Positions 59,308 to 64,000 of a stretch of DNA of 64,000 nucleotides are shown piece by piece. This DNA comes from an uncultured Rhodobacterales bacterium (GTDB lineage: Bacteria; Pseudomonadota; Alphaproteobacteria; Rhodobacterales; Rhodobacteraceae). How positions within the stretch are numbered: the stretch's first letter is position 1; the number at the start of each line of letters is the position of its first letter. The position numbers and the translations under genes were made by a program. The notes under the pieces were generated by a model. That model was not told where the DNA came from, searched no databases, and was given only the letters and a program-made list of their open reading frames with translations. The stretch is from positions 672-64,671 of the forward strand of contig CBDUOT010000001.1 in NCBI GenBank assembly GCA_965368915.1, given 5' to 3'.

Positions 59308-60243
59308 TCAGGCGGCGATGACGCGTGCTTCCCGGGCAGTGATGACGCGCCGTGCGGTGGGCACGATCTGCGCTCGGGAAATAGTGTCTATTTCTGGGAA
59401 AATCGCCTGAATCTCGGCCCTCATCGCGCGGTCGTCTTCCAGCATCCAGCTGCCTGGATGGAAGCTCTCGCTCGGCGCGCCCTCGGCAAAGACGATCTCA
59501 TGCTCACCGAAAAGCAGATGCACATAGGTCACCCGCTCCATCGGCGCGGCTTCGACACCGGGCCAGTGCAGAAGATGCTTGGCGGCGATCAGCACTTCCG
59601 GCTCGCCAAACCACAGATCCGCCCGCCAGTCGCGGATCAGCATGCGGTGCTGTGGCGAAACCAGAAGCGGCCGCTCATTGCCGACAACCTCTGTCTCGAA
59701 CCGGATCGGCGCGAACGGACCGGTCGCCGCAACTTCGCGCTGACCGATCCAGCGAACCGGCTGGGGCCCGTGGTCGAGCGTCTCGACCAGATCGCCCACG
59801 GCCAGCGTCTCGATCGCGACCTGCCCGCCGGGAACGGCAATCCGGGTTCCCGTCGTGAAACAGGGCGGGCTAAGCGATGTAATCGCCACCGACGCATTGG
59901 ACGAGCCGGTCGACACCGTGGCGACGAAAGTTGCCGGATCGAGATTCGTCCCGTCCGTCGGCGTGAAGAACCGCCGCCCGTCAGCCAGATAGAAGGTCGC
60001 CCCGGAAATGTTCTGGGTCACGCCATTCATCGTGACCGTAATCGTGTCGAGATAGATGGCCGTGATATCGGTGTTGTCGATCCGGTCGCCGTTGGTGGCG
60101 GTCGTACCCGCGCTGGACAGCGTGTTTATGCTGCCCGAGCCGGCGACGTTGCTTACCTGAAGATACTGCTGCTGAAGAACCGTTCCACCCGCAGGCGGGC
60201 TGAACGGGTCTATCTCGTAGAACTGTTCGGAAAAAACTGGCAT
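59308..60243 (-). CDS. Hint (Hedgehog/intein-like, Hint_2-type) domain-containing protein
   Basis: 311 aa. A ~127-aa Ser/Thr/Gly/Asn-rich N-terminal region precedes CFTTGTRIAVPGGQVAIETLAVGDLVETLDHGPQPVRWIG...LLVSPQHRMLI...YVHLLFGEHEIVFAEG, the bacterial Hint_2 pattern starting at Cys128. There is no signal peptide. Confidence 0.8.
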   Translation of the reverse strand: MPVFSEQFYEIDPFSPPAGGTVLQQQYLQVSNVAGSGSINTLSSAGTTATNGDRIDNTDITAIYLDTITVTMNGVTQNISGATFYLADGRRFFTPTDGTNLDPATFVATVSTGSSNASVAITSLSPPCFTTGTRIAVPGGQVAIETLAVGDLVETLDHGPQPVRWIGQREVAATGPFAPIRFETEVVGNERPLLVSPQHRMLIRDWRADLWFGEPEVLIAAKHLLHWPGVEAAPMERVTYVHLLFGEHEIVFAEGAPSESFHPGSWMLEDDRAMRAEIQAIFPEIDTISRAQIVPTARRVITAREARVIAA

Positions 60244-60527
60244 TACACACCGCCCGGTTGAGCCTCGGAACCATTAGAAGGGAGAGCTTCCTTTTATAAT
60301 ACAGCGTTTTCGCCCTCAACCATAGGAGTGAAAGGGTTAAGGAAGTCGGAGATCGCACTCGGCACCGCGTTTGCTGCATCGCGGGAAGGGCCTGCAAATC
60401 CGCGCGGATAGCCGCCCGCCTCTCCGAATCTGCACCTGTTGGGCCTTTCGCCCCCGCCCTTGATGCCGATCAGTGCGCCCTCACCCCAAATAAGACACTA
60501 TTTCAGCAGAATCCGAAGGAGGTCAGG

Positions 60528-61034
60528 ATGAAAACGAACGCCCTTCCCGCCTACGACATGTCGGACAATCCCACCGGTTGCTGCCCGCGCTTCAACCCCG
60601 AAGGCTGGGACGCAGCCGAGCTTCACTTCCGCGACAAGCGCTTTCTCCGGGCGACGACGAAAAGCCTGATGCACGTGCCGCTGAACATGGGGAAGGTCTT
60701 CACGCGGGTGATGGAGAACATGGAAAAGGCCGGCGCACTCGACGAGAAGGACGTGATCGTTCTGTCGCGCGACCGGTCATCCTTCGAATCCGAACATCTC
60801 TTCTCGGTCGCCAAGGACGTGCCTGGGGAAGAGATGACGACGCTTTCGGGCGATTTCCTCACAAAGGTTTTCGAGGGCCCATACCGGGAAGCCAAGCAGT
60901 GGCATGCCGAGATGGAAGCCTTGGCTCACGCCCGTGGGAAAGAGCCGAAATCGGTCTGGTTCTTCTACACGACCTGCCCGAAATGCGCGAAGGCGTATGG
61001 CAAGAACTACGTCGTCGGTCTGGTAGACATGTGA
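60528..61034 (+). CDS. Conserved hypothetical cytoplasmic protein with CC...CxxC cysteine motifs
   Basis: 168 aa. A GGAGG Shine-Dalgarno precedes the ATG. An N-terminal NPTGCCPRFNPEGWD and a C-terminal TTCPKCAKAYGKNYV suggest a four-Cys metal or redox site. I cannot assign a family from memory. Confidence 0.5.
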   Translation: MKTNALPAYDMSDNPTGCCPRFNPEGWDAAELHFRDKRFLRATTKSLMHVPLNMGKVFTRVMENMEKAGALDEKDVIVLSRDRSSFESEHLFSVAKDVPGEEMTTLSGDFLTKVFEGPYREAKQWHAEMEALAHARGKEPKSVWFFYTTCPKCAKAYGKNYVVGLVDM

Positions 61035-61043
61035 CACATGAAA

Positions 61044-61070
61044 ATGGGCCGGACGCACGGTCCGGCCCAT
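61044..61070 (-). terminator. Rho-independent-type terminator hairpin downstream of gltB (shared with the convergent upstream gene)
   Basis: 11-bp perfect stem ATGGGCCGGAC / GTCCGGCCCAT with loop GCACG. On the minus strand the hairpin is followed by TTTT. Confidence 0.65.
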
Positions 61071-61091
61071 CCAAAACGCTTGAAAAAGGCT

Positions 61092-64000
61092 CTATTCCGC
61101 CGGAACAGCCTCCGAATCCGCACTCAGCGGATGGGCGAGGTGGGGCAGCATCTCTTTCGGGCAGACCTGGATGAACCGGGACCGCTCGCTGGACCAGAAC
61201 TGCAGGATCGCCTTGGCCTTCAGGCTTCCGGTTTCCTGGGCATGACGCTCGACAAGCCCCTTCAACTGCGCTTCCCAGTGCGGATGCGTGACCGCGCAGG
61301 TGACAAGCGTCTCGAGGTTCATCAGCTCTTCCGCCTCGCCGTCGGGGTCATAGACATAGGCCATCCCGCCCGTCATGCCCGCGCCGAAGTTCGTGCCGAT
61401 CTGGCCGAGGATGACCGCAACGCCGCCGGTCATGTATTCGCACCCGTTCGACCCGCAGCCCTCGATGACCACCTTCGCGCCCGAATTCCGGACCGCGAAA
61501 CGCTCGCCCGCGCGTCCGGCAGCGAACAGATGCCCGTCGGTGGCACCATAGAGCACGGTGTTCCCGATGATCGTGTTCTCCGACGCGTCCAGCGGTGACA
61601 CCATCGGCGGCCGGACGACGATCAGACCTCCAGAAAGGCCCTTTCCGACATAGTCATTGGCGTCGCCCGACACTTCGAGCTTCAGCCCCGGCGCCGCGAA
61701 CGCGCCCAGGGACTGACCGCACGACCCCGTCAGCTTGACTGTCAGGTGATCGGGCTGAAGAGCGTTGTTCATGCCGAAGTTCTTGACGATCAGCGACGAG
61801 ACACGCGTCCCGATGGTGCGGTGCGTGTTTCGGACCGCGTAGGACAACTGCATCTTCTCGCCGTCCTCGAAGAACCGCGCGCCGTCGCGGATGATCTCTG
61901 CATCCAGCGTATCGGGCACCGCGTTCCTCGGCTTGGACCGGTCATAGACGATCCGGTCCGCGCCATCGACGGTGATCAGCAACGGATTCAGGTCGAGGTC
62001 GTCGAGATGGGCGGACCCACGGCTCACCTGGCTCAAGAGGTCCGCGCGCCCGATGATCTCGTCCAGCGACCGCGCGCCGATCTGGCTCAGGATCTCGCGC
62101 ACTTCCTGGGCGTAGAAGGTGATGAGGTTCACCACCTTGTCGGCCGATCCGGTGAACTTGGCGCGCAGGCGTTCGTCCTGCGTACAGACACCGACCGGGC
62201 AGGTGTTCGACTGGCACTGACGCACCATGATACAGCCCATCGCGATCAGCGCCGCGGTGCCGATGCCGTACTCCTCGGCCCCCATCATCGCCGCGATGAC
62301 GATGTCGCGCCCCGTGCGCAGACCGCCATCGGTGCGCAGCGTGATCCGGTCGCGAAGCTTGTTCATCGCAAGCACCTGATGCGCCTCGGTCAGGCCCATT
62401 TCCCACGGCAGACCCGCATACTTGATGCTGGTTGCGGGCGACGCGCCCGTGCCGCCGTTATGGCCCGAAATCAGGATCACGTCGGCCTTGGCCTTGGCCA
62501 CGCCCGCCGCGATCGTGCCGACACCGGAGGACGCCACCAGCTTGACCGTCACCTTGGCGCGCGGGTTGATCTGCTTCAGGTCGTAGATCAGCTGCGCGAG
62601 GTCCTCGATCGAATAGATGTCGTGGTGCGGCGGCGGCGAGATCAGCGTCACGCCCGGGGTCGAGTGCCGAAGGCGCGCGATCAGCTTGGTCACCTTCATG
62701 CCGGGCAGTTGGCCGCCCTCGCCGGGCTTCGCGCCCTGCGCCACCTTGATTTCAAGCTCCTCGCAGGCGTTGAGGTATTCCGCCGTGACGCCAAAGCGCC
62801 CGGACGCCACCTGCTTGATCTTGGCCGACGGGTTGTCGCCGTTCGGCTCGGGCACGAAATGCGCCGGATCCTCACCGCCCTCGCCGCTATCGGACTTGGC
62901 ACCGATCCGGTTCATGGCGATGTTCAGGGTCTTGTGCGCCTCGGGCGACAGCGCGCCCAGCGACATCCCCGGCGTCACGAACCGCTTGCGGATCGAGGTG
63001 ATCGACTCGACCTCTTCGATCGGCACCGGCCGGCCGAGAGGCTTGATGTCGAGAAGATCGCGCAGATGGATCGGCGGGTTGGCCCGCATCGTGGCCGAAT
63101 ACTTTTTCCACATGTCGAAGGACGCGCGGTCGCAGGCCGACTGCAAAAGATGCATGGTCGTCGCTTCCCAGGCATGCTTCTCGCCCGAGCGGCGCGCCTT
63201 GTAGAAGCCGCCGACGGGCAGCACGTCGGCGCCACCCATCCAGCCCTTCGCGTGAATCTCCTCCAGCTTGTGCTGGATACCGCTGATGCCGATCCCCGAA
63301 ATGCGGGAATGCATGCCGGGGAAGTAATCGGCGCAGAGCGCGCGGGACAGGCCCACCGCCTCGAAGTTCAGCCCGCCGCGATAGGACGAGATGACCGAGA
63401 TGCCCATCTTCGACATGATCTTCAGAAGGCCGGCGTCGATGGCATCGCGATAGCGCCGCATCGCATCCAGAAGCGATCCCTCGATCAGCCCTCGGCGCTG
63501 CCGGTCGGCGATCGAATCCTGCGCGAGATATGCGTTCACCGTGGTCGCCCCGCAGCCGATCAGCACCGCGAAGTAATGCGGATCGATGCACTCGGCCGAA
63601 CGCACGTTGATCGAACAGAAGGTCCGAAGCCCCTTGCGCGTCAGCCAGCTATGCACAGCACTCGTGGCAAGGATCATCGGCATCGCCACCTTGTCCGGAC
63701 CCTGATGCTGTTCGCTCAGAACGATGTGTCCCGCGCCCGACCGAACCGCATCCTCGGCCTCTGCCCGGATGCGTTCAAGTCCGGCTTTCAGCGCTTCAGG
63801 CTCGCCGCCAGCAGGGAAGGTGCAATCGATATGGGCGACGTTCTCGCCGAACTGGCGCACCATCTCGTCGAACTCGCCGTTCGCGATGAACGGGCTTTCC
63901 AGCACGAGGATCTCGGTCTGCGACGAATCCTCGTCGAGCACGTTCTTCAGGTTCCCGAACCGGGTCTTGAGGCTCATCACCCGGCTTTCGCGAAGCGAGT
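61092..64000 (-). CDS. gltB: Glutamate synthase large subunit, C-terminal ~970 residues (N-terminus beyond window end)
   Basis: Central domain, then the FMN/3Fe-4S domain (ISPPPHHDIYSIEDL, GHNGGTGASP, CIMVRQCQSNTCPVGVCTQ), then the GXGXG beta-helix (GNTVLYGATDGHLFAAGRAGERFAVRNSG). The reading frame stays open to position 64000, so the Met at 63980 in the track is internal. Confidence 0.93.
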   Translation of the reverse strand, partial: SLRESRVMSLKTRFGNLKNVLDEDSSQTEILVLESPFIANGEFDEMVRQFGENVAHIDCTFPAGGEPEALKAGLERIRAEAEDAVRSGAGHIVLSEQHQGPDKVAMPMILATSAVHSWLTRKGLRTFCSINVRSAECIDPHYFAVLIGCGATTVNAYLAQDSIADRQRRGLIEGSLLDAMRRYRDAIDAGLLKIMSKMGISVISSYRGGLNFEAVGLSRALCADYFPGMHSRISGIGISGIQHKLEEIHAKGWMGGADVLPVGGFYKARRSGEKHAWEATTMHLLQSACDRASFDMWKKYSATMRANPPIHLRDLLDIKPLGRPVPIEEVESITSIRKRFVTPGMSLGALSPEAHKTLNIAMNRIGAKSDSGEGGEDPAHFVPEPNGDNPSAKIKQVASGRFGVTAEYLNACEELEIKVAQGAKPGEGGQLPGMKVTKLIARLRHSTPGVTLISPPPHHDIYSIEDLAQLIYDLKQINPRAKVTVKLVASSGVGTIAAGVAKAKADVILISGHNGGTGASPATSIKYAGLPWEMGLTEAHQVLAMNKLRDRITLRTDGGLRTGRDIVIAAMMGAEEYGIGTAALIAMGCIMVRQCQSNTCPVGVCTQDERLRAKFTGSADKVVNLITFYAQEVREILSQIGARSLDEIIGRADLLSQVSRGSAHLDDLDLNPLLITVDGADRIVYDRSKPRNAVPDTLDAEIIRDGARFFEDGEKMQLSYAVRNTHRTIGTRVSSLIVKNFGMNNALQPDHLTVKLTGSCGQSLGAFAAPGLKLEVSGDANDYVGKGLSGGLIVVRPPMVSPLDASENTIIGNTVLYGATDGHLFAAGRAGERFAVRNSGAKVVIEGCGSNGCEYMTGGVAVILGQIGTNFGAGMTGGMAYVYDPDGEAEELMNLETLVTCAVTHPHWEAQLKGLVERHAQETGSLKAKAILQFWSSERSRFIQVCPKEMLPHLAHPLSADSEAVPAE

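Noticed and set aside
58492-60261. Plus-strand ORFs of 251 aa and 318 aa (58492-59247 and 59305-60261)
   Set aside because: They are antisense to mtgA and the Hint-domain gene. Their translations are Arg-rich with no motifs.

Overview
High-GC (about 60-65%) chromosomal segment that looks alphaproteobacterial, probably Rhodobacteraceae. That guess rests on a Hint_2-type Hint-domain protein, a PAS_7-like hybrid kinase, the xseB-ispA-dxs arrangement and overall gene content. I support about 55 protein-coding genes, packed tightly on both strands. I found no rRNA, tRNA, CRISPR array, transposase, integrase or phage gene, so this is core or metabolic DNA rather than an island. All family calls come from reading motifs in the supplied translations; no database search was run. 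Many long ORFs in the track are antisense or off-frame artefacts of the high GC content and were rejected. Several track ORFs also carry false N-terminal extensions, which I trimmed to starts with a Shine-Dalgarno sequence or a sensible N-terminus.

Main blocks:
- (1) 1-9939: cysK, then a seven-gene minus-strand L-lysine catabolic operon (saccharopine-dehydrogenase-fold putative lysine 6-dehydrogenase, ALDH7/AmaB, FabD-like acyltransferase, fused TPP E1 alpha-beta, gcdH, class-I aminotransferase), divergent from a LysR regulator.
- (2) 9971-13775: XRE-cupin regulator, kbl-tdh, class II aldolase.
- (3) 13823-16572: entericidin-like lipoprotein gene, then gyrB.
- (4) 16964-23910: DUF1028 gene, divergent from a peptide-type ABC importer with a fused permease-ATPase gene and a GntR/FadR regulator. 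Two tandem 16-bp palindromes sit in the shared promoter.
- (5) 24152-29719: secreted c-type-heme DUF3365 protein, large hybrid histidine kinase (HAMP-PAS-HisKA-HATPase-REC-REC-Hpt), and a response-regulator receiver fused to a 10-TM DMT/EamA permease.
- (6) 29970-33542: GH32-like fructosidase, sucrose-phosphate-phosphatase-like and sucrose-phosphate-synthase-like genes.
- (7) 33565-64000: housekeeping and accessory genes, including katE, hup, amn, ilvE, MarR plus OmpR-type regulator, HDAC-xseB-ispA-dxs, queG, GST, mtgA, a Hint-domain protein and gltB.

The two candidates I rate highest for undescribed biology are the heme-sensor / hybrid-kinase / REC-DMT transporter module and the fused E1 alpha-beta plus FabD-like acyltransferase pair. 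The pair sits exactly where the 2-oxoadipate to glutaryl-CoA step of the lysine operon should be.
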